Below, piece after piece: positions 36,301 to 50,912 of a stretch of 64,000 bases of DNA (position 1 is its first letter; each line of letters begins with the position of its first letter). A model generated the notes under the pieces. That model was given only the letters and a program-made list of their open reading frames with translations, was not told the DNA's origin and ran no database searches. Source of the DNA: the human T2T-CHM13v2.0 reference genome, Homo sapiens; NCBI RefSeq assembly GCF_009914755.1, contig NC_060947.1, one strand, 5' to 3'. Made by a program: the position numbers and the translations under genes.

Positions 36301-37740
36301 AAGCTTCTGACTAGCTGCATCGTTATGACAGCTGGCATTCTACTGTACTAAGGTGTCTCACTTTCTAGCTAGCTTCTGATGCTTTTGCCAAAAAAAAAAA
36401 AAAAAAAAAAAAAAATTGCAACATATTCCCTTCTCCTTTCCAGACTTTACCTGGGACATAGTGGGAAAAGGAATACCTTTGCAGGCAGACCAACAAAATG
36501 TGGCAATTTCAAGCTGCGTGGCTGTGGGAAAATCACTCAAATTCTCTGGGCCTCTATTTCCCCAGCTGTAAAGGAGGAGTAGGAAGCTCACAGGACTCTT
36601 GCTGAATGAGCAAAAGTAGGTCAAAGGGCCTGGCACACAGGGGCGGGAAGGGACTCAATAAATGATAGTTCCCTTCCTTTACCTCTCCTGTAGAAAGAGA
36701 GATGCAACCCCTCAAGAAGAAGAAGAAACCAAGGTGCTTTACCTACCACCACTAATCACCATGTGTAGGTCTCATCCAGCACTCTAAGGGTTAAATCTCA
36801 TGATCAAAGTCTTATTTCTTAAAGAAACACACTTGACATCTTCCACCTTGGGTTCTCAGAAAACACTCCAGGGAGAGAGCTTGACCCAGGCCACTCTCAG
36901 AGTGAGAGCAAAAGCCAAAGCAGGGGCTCACGCTGAGAAGGCGAGGTGAAGAAAGACCTTGTGCCAGCCCACACAGCCCGCCTGGCGCTATTGTGTTCTG
37001 AGCAAGGACAATATCATCGCTTTGCCAAAAGCTGCTCCAGGAGCAACCGTGTAGCGGACTCCACTTCGGCAACTCCCACTTTGCCAGCCCGCCTGTCACC
37101 TCCAGCTCCTCAGAGCAGCTGTCGCGATCCCACCATCAGCGCAGCGACCGCGTCCCCAGTCCCCATTGCTCCCATCCCCCTCCCAAGCGCGGGATAGGAA
37201 GGAAGAAAGTGGCGAGTGAGTGAAAGGAAAACGAGCGCGCGCCATTCTCCCAGCTCCGCCCGCTGAGATTCCTCTGCAACCCCCAGTTGGCAGCCCCTGG
37301 CAGCAGCCACCAGCCCCGATGCGCTAGACTTGGCTCTCAAAAGCCTTTCCCGAACTCCAGGTTCTGAAGTTGAACAAGAGACTGGAAAAAAATCCCGACT
37401 CCTAAAGAGCAAGGAGCCAAAGACACCTTGGGGCACACAAGTACTTTTAAAAAACGTGTCCATGAATGCAGAGCCCTGACCTCCACCTCGAGAAGAATAA
37501 AACTGTCTTGGTACCAAACCCGTGTTTCTTCATCTTTGCTTTCTCAGCCACATCTGGCAAGAGGTCTCTCTCTCTCTCAACTCTCCTCAGCGCCCCTCCC
37601 ATCCTCACCTCTCCGGCAAGTCTGTGGTGAATGGGCCCCTTTCCAGCTCCTCTAGACAAACAGCCCAACAATAGATAATTAGCCCTCTCCCGCAACGAAG
37701 GGTTGGAGAGGGGCGGGGAGGGGGACAACGTGCCACTTAC

Positions 37741-37793
37741 CTGATCTCTTTAATGCTTTCCAATTTGCACATGATTTCTTGCTCATCTGCCAT
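37741..37793 (-). CDS. ZC4H2: First coding exon of zinc finger C4H2-type containing protein (MADEQEIMCKLESIKEI + AG of Arg18, phase 2)
   Basis: Reverse complement reads aagtATGGCAGATGAGCAAGAAATCATGTGCAAATTGGAAAGCATTAAAGAGATCAG|gtaagt, with a strong Kozak context and a consensus donor. The peptide is the ZC4H2 N-terminus as I recall it. It is too short to appear in the ORF track. Confidence 0.96.
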
Positions 37794-37919
37794 ACTTTTC
37801 ACTGTCAATTTCACGTCCCGAGAGATGTACAAATACACCAGCCAAGGGATACAATAGACACAATGTAGCCACCTCCTCCGGGCTTGGGGCTATGAGCCTG
37901 TGCGGTAGGGGCTTGGAGA

Positions 37920-37997
37920 GGCCTGGGAGCTGTAGTCCGGAGCTTCAGGGCCAGCCAGGAAGCCCGGGGGCCTGTAGGACTACAACTCCCAGAAGGC
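37920..37997. promoter_or_regulatory. Two divergent ZNF143/THAP11-HCFC1 composite motifs
   Basis: GGACTACAACTCCCAGAAGGC on plus (37977-37997) and GGACTACAGCTCCCAGGCC on minus (37938-37920). Confidence 0.85.
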
Positions 37998-38909
37998 CAA
38001 GCGAGACATGCCTGTTTCCCTTCCTGCAGCCGCACTTTAAATCAATTTGTTATAGATAATTATGTCAAAGGTTGTGAAGAGTGCAAAGGAATGGGGATAT
38101 TCGTCTGGCCCGTGTGTGGGAAAATGGAGAAAAAAATATTCCTGAAGGCAATTGGAGAGATGAGAGACATACCCATTCGCTCCCTTCGGGGGCCCTCGCA
38201 CCTACCCACCCGCAAAAGATTAGCGGTAGTCGCTAATTACGCCTTGGGGATGGAAAGAAACCCTGCAGGGAAAGTAGCTTTGGAGACGTTGAATGTGCTA
38301 GCTGCTGCCTGGGGACCAGTAACTTTGGCATTCAATTTAGGGTGGGGCGGGGGTGGGGAAGAGGAGGATGGGAGGAGGGAGATGCTGCAAAAGCTGGGGG
38401 AAAGGAGAGTGGGTAAGTACTTCCAGCTACTTACCCATTCAACAAACAATTACTTAAGCTCGGACTTTGCCAGTCAATGGAAGAAGTACTGTAGGAGTCA
38501 CCGGGCAAGGCAGATAAATAAAAGCAAATCCTTGCCTTTGAGGAACAGAAGAGGCTGAAAATTTACCTATTAATTACAGTACAGTGTGGTGTCAAAATAC
38601 AGGAATAGATAAGGTGTAACCTGTGCAGAGAAGATGTAAATAGGTCTCAAGAGTGACTAAGAATTTGTCAGACCATAGAGGAGAATGGGCTCTCCAGGTG
38701 AGGATACAATAGAGAGAGAAAGGAAAGGATGAGTGGTTCAGAGTGCCTGAAATATAGGTTTCTTATATGAGGTGTAGAGGTGGAAAAAAGAAATGGGAGA
38801 TGTAGTATTTAGAAAAGGCAGGTAGGAACCAGACTATGAAATACGTTAAATGTCAGACTAAAGGGTTTGGACTTAATCCTGTAGGCAGACATTTATCTAA
38901 TAAACTTTT

Positions 38910-39217
38910 AAATTAATTAATTTATTTATTTATGAGACAGTCTCACTCTGTCGCCCAAGCTGGCGTGTAATGGCACAGATCTCGGCCCACTGCAACCTCC
39001 TTCTCCTGGGTTCAAGCAATTCTACTGCCTCAGCCTCCCGAGTAACTGGGATTACAGGCGCCCACCCACCATGCCCGGCTAATTTTTGTATTTCTTAGTA
39101 GAGATGGAGTTTCATCATGTTGGCCAGACTGGTCTTGAACTCCTGAGCTCAAGCAATCCACCCGCCTCAGCCTCCCAAAAGTGCTGGGATTACAGGCATG
39201 AGCCACTGCGCCTGGCC
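38910..39217 (-). mobile_element. AluS-like element
   Basis: Full dimer with a TTTA-type tail; TSD ctaataaac(a)tttt on both sides. Confidence 0.93.
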
Positions 39218-39399
39218 CTAATAAACATTTTTTAAGTGCTTATTCTGCACCAAGTAATGTTTAATTATTTTATGTTTCAAAGCACGGTAGTGATAAGGAT
39301 GGAGGAATATTTTAGAGAGGGACTCTGGAAGCAAAGTGGAGAATGATTAGAGGACATGAGACCAGGTAAGAGGCAGTTACTCAGCGTGCACAAACAGGC

Positions 39400-42300
39400 C
39401 TAGAGAGCTGGACGTTGGGCAAAAGGAAGATGGTGACTCACTCCCAACTAAAAGTGAGTCAGAACTCTCTCTGAGTTTGTGCTTTCTTTTATTGAGCTTC
39501 AGTTTCCTCATCTGAAAAATGTACCTAGTGAGCCCACCTCAGAGGCTTGTTGGGAGGCCTCTATGAGATCATTCCCATGATCATGCTGAATACAGGGCTT
39601 GGTATTTTGTAGGAGCTTGAGAAGTTTGTGGAACATGAATCTCATGTCATTCTGGATGTCCACAGTGATTTTAAGCATTCTCCAGGGAAGAAATTAAAGC
39701 CCTTCTCTTCTTTGGATCCAAGATGTAATAACTTTCTTAACCATAAAATTCTCCCTGGTGTCTACATTTTCCTATTGTCTTGAAGGTTGCTATCTTGTAC
39801 AGCCACTAGTTGGTATTTAAAGAACATTGAGTTGGTTAGTCACAAAGCCTGTGGATCCAGAGCCAAGAACTGGCCCCAGCTCTGTCCCGTAAGGGGAGGA
39901 GGTAAGCAACAAGCCTGCGTTAAGTGCCTGACATGTACTGGCTACTGTGCTGAGTCTGATATGTACAATCTATCATTTCATCCTCACAACCACTATGAAG
40001 GGGGCAAGTAGATTCATCCCCTTTTAGAAGGAAGAAAACTGACTCAGATAGGGAAAGTTGTTTTGCCATGTCCACACAATAAGTTATAAAGCTAGAGCCT
40101 GTGCCCAGTTTGGACCAAGTTACTTGCAGATTAATGAAGAGAGTGTGTCTGGAAAAAAAAAATATATATATATAGCAACCAAAACTACAATGGGGTCCCG
40201 AGTGTATGTATCTATGTCAAACATAAAGTGGTTTATAATGCATTAATGCTGGCTTGGGGAGAAGCGGAGGGTTTGTATGGGATGTGTGGGAAGCAATTTA
40301 TGAACAGCCTTTGAGATTTTAAATTTAATGTCTCTCTCTTTTTCCATTGTCCCCTTCACCTTAAGAATCCTTACCACTGACTATGTTCACACATCTGGTA
40401 AAAGTCTGGATGTGGGTATGTATCTGTTTCAATTAAATATGTTAATGGGTTTAGAGTCTGATTTGGTAATAATTTGGGAACTATCTTGTCTTTCAAGCCT
40501 CACCGAAATCCTAGTTTACAGATGAGGAAACTGAGACCAAGAGAGGCAAAGGACTTGTCTGACATCACCCTACTTGGCTGAAACAGAACCAAGACTCCTG
40601 ACTCAAGGGCCTGTGCTCTTCCTATGGCCCCATGCGGCCTGTATCAAGCTGCTGCTGCTACCATGGGGCCTGAATGCCTCTGTTACTTTTCAGCCAGAAG
40701 GTGCACTCCAATATAGGGTGTCTGCAGAGGGCCAAGCATGTCCCATGCTTCCAACTATGGACATTTAAGGGAGATAGCAGTTAATCTAAGAGAAGAGGCC
40801 ATGGGAAAACCTGGAGCTTGGAAGAAGGTTTGTGCTATTTGTAACAATTAAAATGTCCAAATACAGAAAGAGTAATGTGCCTCTTAGCTTCTGCTGGTTT
40901 GCTTTTGGCTCCTTGACCTCCTTGAGAACAGATGTCTCACCTGTTCCTTGCTGAATTTTAAGAATCCAGGCTAGCAGTGAGAGGAAGGAAAATGTTGTAG
41001 AGAAACAGTGGGGAAGAGAAGGAAACTATAGCCTTCTGCCCCTTCTTCTGAAGCAGCACTTAAAACAGTATCTGCAAGCCAAGGTGGTGGCTTTTCCATA
41101 GTAAGTGTTCAGTAGCTCTCAATTGATCAGAAGTTTGCAATGGCTGAAACAATATTTAAGATATGGGCTAGCAGTGAGTTCTAATGCATGATTTTATTAG
41201 AAGAACTGATTGATTTGAGGGGTTAGAAATAAAAAAAAATCTTAGTTTTATCAGGGCCAACATTATTCTTATTGCTAAGGCAATAAGGCAGGGTATGTTG
41301 GGGTTAATACCATTAAAATGCAAGAAATTAGCAAAAGGGAAGCCAGTCAGTCTCGATTATACTTTCAGGGAATAGATCAAGACTTTAAAAATGGAGGCCA
41401 GAATATTGAATTCACAGATATTTCTTTGTACTTCAACAGTGAACTAAACTAAAAGGAGGCAGAGATGCAACAACAGTCTTGGTTCCAAATTGCCTTTCAA
41501 AAAGTAGTGCAAATTACTTATTAAATTTCTCATTATATTTCTTAATCAGCATTTCTAAGAGAAAAGTGAGCCAAAAGTTTTCAGCCCAAAAATGTTTATT
41601 GTGCACCTATGATATGTCAGGAACCATCGAGGTTTCAGTGAAGATTTCATAGCAGATACGACAGACATGGGCCCTGCCCTTACCAAGCTTACCATTTAGT
41701 GAGAGAGACCAGCTATTACAAAGATCATGCATACATATATAGTTATACCTAGCAATCAGGGCTTGAAATAAGTCTAGGTTCTGTGAGCAAGACACACACA
41801 CATAAGGGGAGAACCAATTTAGTCCTGAGAAGTGGGCAAGGAGTCAGGGAAAAGCTTCCTGAACAAAACTAGGCAGGATGAGAGAGGAAGGGAGGGAAAC
41901 AGCAGGAGGTATCGAGGATTAATTCATGCAAACAGCCAACAAATATTTACTGAACACTTACTACATGCCAGGCACTCTCCTAGGTTCCAGGGATATATAG
42001 TGCTTTGCATGTATTAAGTTAGTTTAATCCTTGCAAAAACTTCACAGGAAGTATATATTATTATCATCCTTATTTTACAGAAGAGGAAGTTGAGGCACAG
42101 AGAAGTTAAGTAACTTGCCCAGAGTAACACAGCTAGTAAGTGGCAGAACTGAGATTCAAATTTAGAGAGTCTGCCTCCAGAAGCCATGCTCTCACCTACT
42201 ATGTTCTATTAGTTACCCAAGATCCCAGTTCTTAGGAAGTTTACATTCTAGTAGGAGGAGCCAGACAATAATGACAGAAAAGAAAAAAAAATAAACATAA

Positions 42301-44760
42301 TAATATTTGGGGGAGATAAGCCCATAAGACACTAATTGAGGATAATAGGACAGAATGATGGCAGGAGGGGGAATGTTTTAGTTAGGATGGTCAGGGAAGG
42401 CTCCTGTTCAGAGATGACATTGTAGTGGAGACATAAGGAGTTGGGCATACAATGATCTGGAGGAAGAGTGCTCCAGGCAGAACGAATAGCCGGTGCAATG
42501 GTCCTGAGTCAGAAAATGCTTAGCCTATGAAAAAAAAAAGTAGGTAGGGCTCTGGCTGATTAAGGGGAGCAGAAGTAGACTGAGGAGACAGTTTATGTCA
42601 TTGAACTGTTATTCTAAAAACAGGGTCTTGTAAACCATGGTGATGAGTCTGGGTTTTATTCTAATTACAATAGGCAAACATTGAGGGTTTTAAGCAGGGG
42701 AGCAACATGATCTAGTTTTTAAACATCACTGACTGCTGTGAGAACAGATTTTATTGGGGCAAAAGTGGAAGTAGGAAAACCAGTGGGAAAACTATTACAG
42801 TTGTCCAGGAAAGAAATTATGGTGGCTTGAATTACAGTAGTAATAGTAGATATGAAGAAAAATGGGCTGATTGGGAACATATTATTGGGCACAGAACTGA
42901 TATGATTAGCTCATGGATAGGATGGAGAGGTACGGAGGGCGAGATAAGGCATCTAAAATGACTCCTGGATTTTTGGCTTCAGTAATAAGGTCAGTGCCAT
43001 TCACTGAAACAGGAAAGACTGGAAGAGAACCGTACGATGTTAGAACTAGAAGGCACTCACATGTGATATATGGAAAAACTGAAGAACAGAAATGGTAATT
43101 GACCTCCCTAGGTTAGGGAGTTAGGAGCTGAGATAGGTAATCTCATTCTTCACACTCTCTCAGAAAATTTTCATGTTCTCCATCACTTCAGCCCTTCAGC
43201 TGGGGTGTTGAGGGGTGTGTTTGAAGCCTTAACTTTGAAGATTCCCCTAGGAGATGGGACTTGTGGGTGATTAGCCAGAATTTGTATCTGCTTACATAGA
43301 CAGTGCTAGGTATTCTCAGGCAATGTTTCAGCTGAAATTCTTGCTGTTTTTGATGGCTTTATGTCATTGAAATTTCACTCCTCTATTCTTTCTCACCTAC
43401 CCAATGTCACTGACCTAGATCCCCCAAATGCAAATTTCAGGGAACAAAGATCTGGCAGTGGAAGTAGGGGAGTCCCATTTTTCCCCTCTGCAAGTCCGAA
43501 AAACCCTAGTGTAAAAAATCCTATTATAAAAGCAGTCTAGTGTACATCTACTGCATTTTCTTAGTAAACTTTCATCCACACCCTCCCCTCTTCTTCAATT
43601 CTCACCTCTTTGAGAGTGACCAAAACTGACTGTCTAGCTCCAATGACCTTCCGTTTCTAACAGCCTCCTTTATATCACCAGAACTAAGTATGGGATTGAG
43701 TTTCCAAAAGGGCTGAGTCTTACCAGGTTCCCTGCACATCTTTCCCAGGCTGGGGTACTTTAGAACTACTCATAGGGCCCTTGTCCCCCTCACAGAGCTG
43801 TTTAATGATTAAATGAAAAGAGATAAGTTATGAGAAAGCACCTAGCACATTGGTTGAATTATAATAGGCATTGATTACAGGTCAATATCCCTCATCCTTC
43901 TCACCACTTGCCCTAATTCTTAGAGTCATTTGGAGAACCCAAATTTGGGGATAATTCAGTGAATAGAAACAGGAGAGAAGCATGAAAAAACTATAAATAA
44001 GTTGTCTTGATTTAGGCTTGAGAAGACAATGACAGAGGCTTCATTTAGAAATCTCAAAATGGACAGGGCAGCATTTGATGTGAAGGTTGTAGCCATTATT
44101 TCCCCTAAGTTTGGGGCAAAATGGCTTCATTTATAGTAGAAGCGTTAGAGGGATGATAACTTATAAAGCCACAATGACAAATAAGCAACCACAAGGAAAA
44201 GATGGACAGATTCAACTGTATAAAAATGTACAATGAAAAATGACACTCATAAAATAAAAATGAAACAGACTGGGAAAGTAAAAATAACACATAAATCTTA
44301 GTAGTACCCCACCCAGGGGTTGGTTGCATTGTAAACAATAGACCAAACCTTATGCCTATGAATGAAACATCTGGTATCTGCAAGTAAACAGATTGGGAGA
44401 GGAGTGGGAAGGCAGATGTCCTCTCCTGGGCCTTCAAAATCCCCTTGCATATATCACGTATAATTGCCCAGCTTGACTTCCCAGATAGCCCTTCCTTTCC
44501 TAGCACAGGTGGCAGTATGCATAGTGGTGAGGCACCCAGACTCTTCAGTCAGGCTGCCTGAGCTCACCTCTGGTCTCTACTATTTTTAGCTATCTGACTC
44601 AAGGGCAAATAACTTCCCCTCTATGGGTTTTGGTCTTCTCGTATGGAAAATGGAAATGATAGTAATTGTAACTAACTCTTAGGGTTGTAATTAAATTAAT
44701 ATACGGAACTGGCTAAAACAGCATAATAAATACTGTAGAAGTGTCTGCTATTATTATTAA
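39400..44760. mobile_element. Scattered MIR (39400-39640, 39900-40110, 40505-40630, 41990-42210, 44500-44760) and L2 (41580-43050) fragments
   Basis: Repeated MIR cores (tttacagatgaggaaactgag / cagtttcctcatctg) and L2 3'-end motifs (caaatatttactgaacacttactacatgccaggcac). Confidence 0.75.
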
Positions 44761-45349
44761 GATGGATATTCTTCAATAAACTTTCTTGTTACCTCCTTGT
44801 TTTCCATCATTGGCAGCCTAGCTCCCCTACCAGACAGGTTCCTATTATCCTCTAAATCACAAGACTTGAAAACGATTGTGCTTATCTACTTGGGAATGAA
44901 AATACCAAACAAATGCATCATAGATGTGGCCAATCTGTCATAAAATTGAGGATATAACAAATTTATACATCTGACATTATTTAAAAATATGAAAATCATG
45001 TTCCCAGTCCTATAAAATGACTGTAAATTTACTATATACACTGATTACATGATCTACTCTTCCAATTAATAAGATAAATCATATATAGTGTATGTTAGCA
45101 CATAAAAATGTATCTCAACTTATATCATAAACTAGATCAAAAAATAACCTGTAGCTCTACGGAATAGTATTCAAACATTTAACTTAAAAAAGTTTTGCCT
45201 TCTAAAAATTTAGATAAGCTTTTTGGGGAATAATTTGAATGATTTTGGGTTTCTTGAGGGAAAAAGAGTAATTGAAGACACAAAGGAATTCAAGGAATGT
45301 CTTCTTGACCCAACATTTCACTTCAACACGTTTATTAGTAACCTCCTTG

Positions 45350-46930
45350 TTTTCTTTGTTGAAATTTTAGATTTGGGGGTACATGTGCTTGTTTGTTACA
45401 TGGATATTATATGCATAATGGTGGGGGTTGAGCTTCTAGCATACCCATCACCAAAATATTGGACATTGTACCCAGCAGGCAGTTTTTCAACCTGCACCTC
45501 CCTCCCATCCTCCATGGTTTTTGAGTCTCCAGAGTCGATTTTCTCCACCTTTATGTCCATGTATACCCTTTGTTTAGTTTCCACTTATAAGTGAGAACAT
45601 GTGATATTCTATTTTCTGCTCCTGTGTTAGTTCACTTAGGATAATGTAATCACCCAAGGGGTTCATCTTGCTCACTTCCCAGAAAAGCCAATGCATTGAG
45701 AACAGAAGGTTTTCACAATAGAAAAAGAGTTCGATAAATGCAAAGCCAGCTACACAAGAGGACAGGAGTTTATTATTATTCGAATCAGCCTCCGTAAAAA
45801 TTTAGAGGCTAGGGATTTTTAAGAACAGTTTGATGGGCAGAGGACTAGGGAATGGGGAATGCTGTTTGGTTGCATTACGGATGAATTCATAGGGAGTCAA
45901 AGCTTGTTTTCTTGCACTGAGTCAGTTCCTGGGAGTTGGGGCACAAGACCAGATGAGCCAGTTTACTTCTCTGGGTGGCCCAGCTGGTCCATCAGAATGC
46001 AGGGTCTGAAAAATACCTCAGACACCAATCTTAGGTTTTATAACAGTGATGTTATCTATAGGAGCAACTGGGGAGGCTAGCAATCTTGTGACCACTGGCT
46101 GCATGAATCCTGAGCCATTATTTCTTATCTTGTGGCTACTTTGTTAGTTTTACAAAACAGGCCTGATCCCCAAGCAAGAAGGGGATTTGTTTTGGGAAGG
46201 GGCTGTTAGCATCTTTGTTTGTTAAACTACAAACTAAATTCCTCCCATAATTACCTTGGCATATGCACAGGCATGAGCAAGGGCAACTTGGAGGTTAGAA
46301 GCAAGATGGAGTTGGCAGTTAGGTCAGATTTCTTTCACTATTAGAGTTTTCATATGTCAGATTTTCCTCACTGTCACAATGTTCACAAAGCTGGTTTCAA
46401 TAATGGCCTCCAACTCCATCCACGTTGCTGCAAAGAACATGATTTTGTTCTTTTATGGCTACATAGTATTCCATGGTGTATGTATACCACATTTTCTTTA
46501 TCCAATCAACTGTTGGTAGACACTTCGGTTGGTTCCATGACTTTGCTGTTGTAAATAGTGCTGCAATAAACATATGAGTACAGGGGTCTTTTTTGTTATA
46601 ATGACTTCTTTTCCTTTGGATAGATACCCAATAGTGGGATTGCTGGGTTGAATGGTAGTTCTGTTTTTAGTTCTTTGAGGTATATCCATACTGTTTTCCA
46701 TAGAGGTTGAACTAATTTACATTCTCATCAACAGTGTATGACCGTTCCCTTTTTTCCAACATCTGTTGTTTTTTGACTTTTTATTAAAAGCCATCTTGAC
46801 TGGTATAAGATAGTATCTCAGAGTAGTTTTAATTTGCATTTCTCCGATTATTTCTGATGTTGAAAATTTCTTCATATGCTTGTTTGCTGTTTATATGTCT
46901 TCTTTTGAGAAGACATGTCCTTTGCCTGCT
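45350..46930 (-). mobile_element. L1MA/L1PB-like 3' end, split by an LTR
   Basis: Antisense L1 3'UTR (ccacttataagtgagaacatg) that resumes at taatggcctcca after the LTR. Confidence 0.85.
45645..46399 (-). mobile_element. Solo LTR8-family (LTR8A/8B-like) ERV1 LTR
   Basis: TG...CA ends and 4-bp TSD ATAA (45641-45644 and 46400-46403). Minus strand begins TGAAACCAGCTTTG and contains ACTCCATCTTGCTTCTAACCTCCAAG. Confidence 0.88.
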
Positions 46931-48334
46931 GTCCTAGGGGCTGGAGATCCAGAGAAATAAGAATAGTTCCTGCTTTGGGGATGCTCATAGCTTATTTGGA
47001 GATGGGCCCGTAAATAAGCAATGACAATACAATGTGCGCTGTGTTATAATGGAGGAGTGAATAGTAAACTCTGGGATAATGTAAGAGGGATTAAGAAACT
47101 CTACCAGGGAGAATCTGAAAGGGTTTCCCAGACAGGTGTTTTCAGAACTAGATCTGTTGCAGGCACCGTTAGAAACCTTGAATCAATTTTCCTATGGCAA
47201 GCAGAGGCATGCTGGTTGCTAGAGCCCACACTCCTCTAAGCCATCACATTTTGAGTAAAGGCTCACTGAACATTTCTCCTCTTGACCCTCTTACTTCCTC
47301 AGCTTATTTAACCCTATAAATGTTAGTGGGCATCAAAGCTGGAAAGGCTTCTCAGAAGACAGCTATATCCATGGTTTTTAAACTGGGTTTGGCAGAACTC
47401 TAAGATTTTAGAGTGAAGGGAAGCCACCCCTACTCCTTTTTTAACTAGAACTTAATTGGTATTATTTTCATATTTGGGGATTTTGTGGAAGATATTTTTC
47501 AATACAGTGATCTGTTGCTTAAAAAATATTTGAAAAACAGTGATTTATTCCAATTTGTCCTTATTTTAAAGACAGAAAAACAGGATAAAAGTAAGCAAGG
47601 CTTGGCCAAAGATCAAAGAAATGCAACAAGAAAAAAAGTGCTATTAAGACAAACATGCTTATCCTTTACTTGTCAAAGACAGCTTTTTGGTCTATTAGTC
47701 CTCCAGTCCCAAGCTAGATGCTCTGCCTTCCATGTTTCAAGATGTGGCCTGGTATAGCTTTATTAGCAGTGGCAAGCCAGGTCAAGCTAAAAGGGGCCAG
47801 AATCTAAGGCCAGGCATTCCCCCATCTCTCTGCTACTACATGCTGACATTGGAGTTAGTTAGTGAGGAGGGAAGACTCAGGCTCCAGGTATAAAGCTGGA
47901 CTACGGTATATTAAGTGGCAAGCCATAGTTCAGGAAGCCAGTGGAGTATGACGTAAATTAGTAGGGGCATCCCAAGAGGTAGGAGATGCAGAACAAGGAG
48001 AGCTCCAAGGCAGTCCATGTTTTGAAGGTCCCAGTGGGCAGTTGGCTCCAAGATGGTGTGTCCATGGAAATAGGGGTTCCAGCTACCAGACTTCAGGTAG
48101 TCTCTAAGGTGGAAGCAATGGAGGAAGGTAGACAGATTGTCCAGTGAGAGAAAAGCCAGTCTTCATTTTAGAGGACCTGGTGACCTGGACAGCAAATTGG
48201 GGCATAAAGAACAAGGCAGGAGCCTAATGATAAAGACTGGGACAAAATGTCAATTATCTCCAAATTGACATACAAGTTTAATGGAAACTGATATCAAAAT
48301 CCAGAAATATTTTCCGTAGACACAGACAAGATAA

Positions 48335-48643
<309 letters not shown>

Positions 48644-49148
48644 GACACAGACAAGATAGTTCTAAAATTTATATAGAAAGGCAAGGGAACTGAAATAGCT
48701 AAAAACAATTTTGAAAGAGAATAAAGTAGAATAAATCATTCTACCTGATGTCAACATTTATTAGATAGCTACAGTAATCAAGGCTGTGTAGTATTGGTGG
48801 TGGAAAAGACATGGATCAATGGAATAGAATACAGGACCCAGACATAGACTCACACATATATGCCAAACTGGTTTGCTGGGTTTTTTTTTTTTTTTTCCCA
48901 CAAAGATGAAAGGATGATCTTTTCAACAAATGATGGTGGAGAAAGTGAGTATCTGTTAGGAAAAAAAAATTTTACTCAAAAGACCTCATATCTTATGCAA
49001 AAATTAACTCAGAATGGATGATGGATTTAAATGTAAAATGTAAACCTATAAAACTTTTAGAAAAAAAAAGGAGAAAACCTTTTGGATCTAGGACTAAGCA
49101 AAGGATTTTTTTTTTTGGACTCATCTCAAAATTATCACCTCTGAATTC

Positions 49149-50912
<1,764 letters not shown>

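Larger units (their letters stand above)
36930..38360 (-). promoter_or_regulatory. ZC4H2: CpG-enriched promoter/first-exon region of ZC4H2
   Basis: Only non-repeat CpG/GC-rich block in the window. It has GC boxes, paired ACTACA-TCCCAG motifs and surrounds the start exon. Confidence 0.85.

Noticed and set aside
36390-36415. Isolated A26 run as the tail of a retrocopy
   Set aside because: No upstream retroelement body or TSD recognised; treated as a simple homopolymer.
36675-36705. Possible acceptor/microexon on the minus strand (ctctctttctacag|gagag|gtaaag)
   Set aside because: Splice-like motifs are common in long introns and nothing else supports use. RNA-seq junction reads would be needed.
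36812-37728. Overlapping 75-135 aa ORFs in the GC-rich intron start
   Set aside because: Overlapping ORFs on both strands with no protein-like signature; explained by low stop-codon density.
38091-38558. 155-aa plus-strand ORF diverging from the ZC4H2 promoter
   Set aside because: No recognisable domain; it crosses a G-rich tract and ends in L2-like sequence. Expected by chance in GC-rich DNA.
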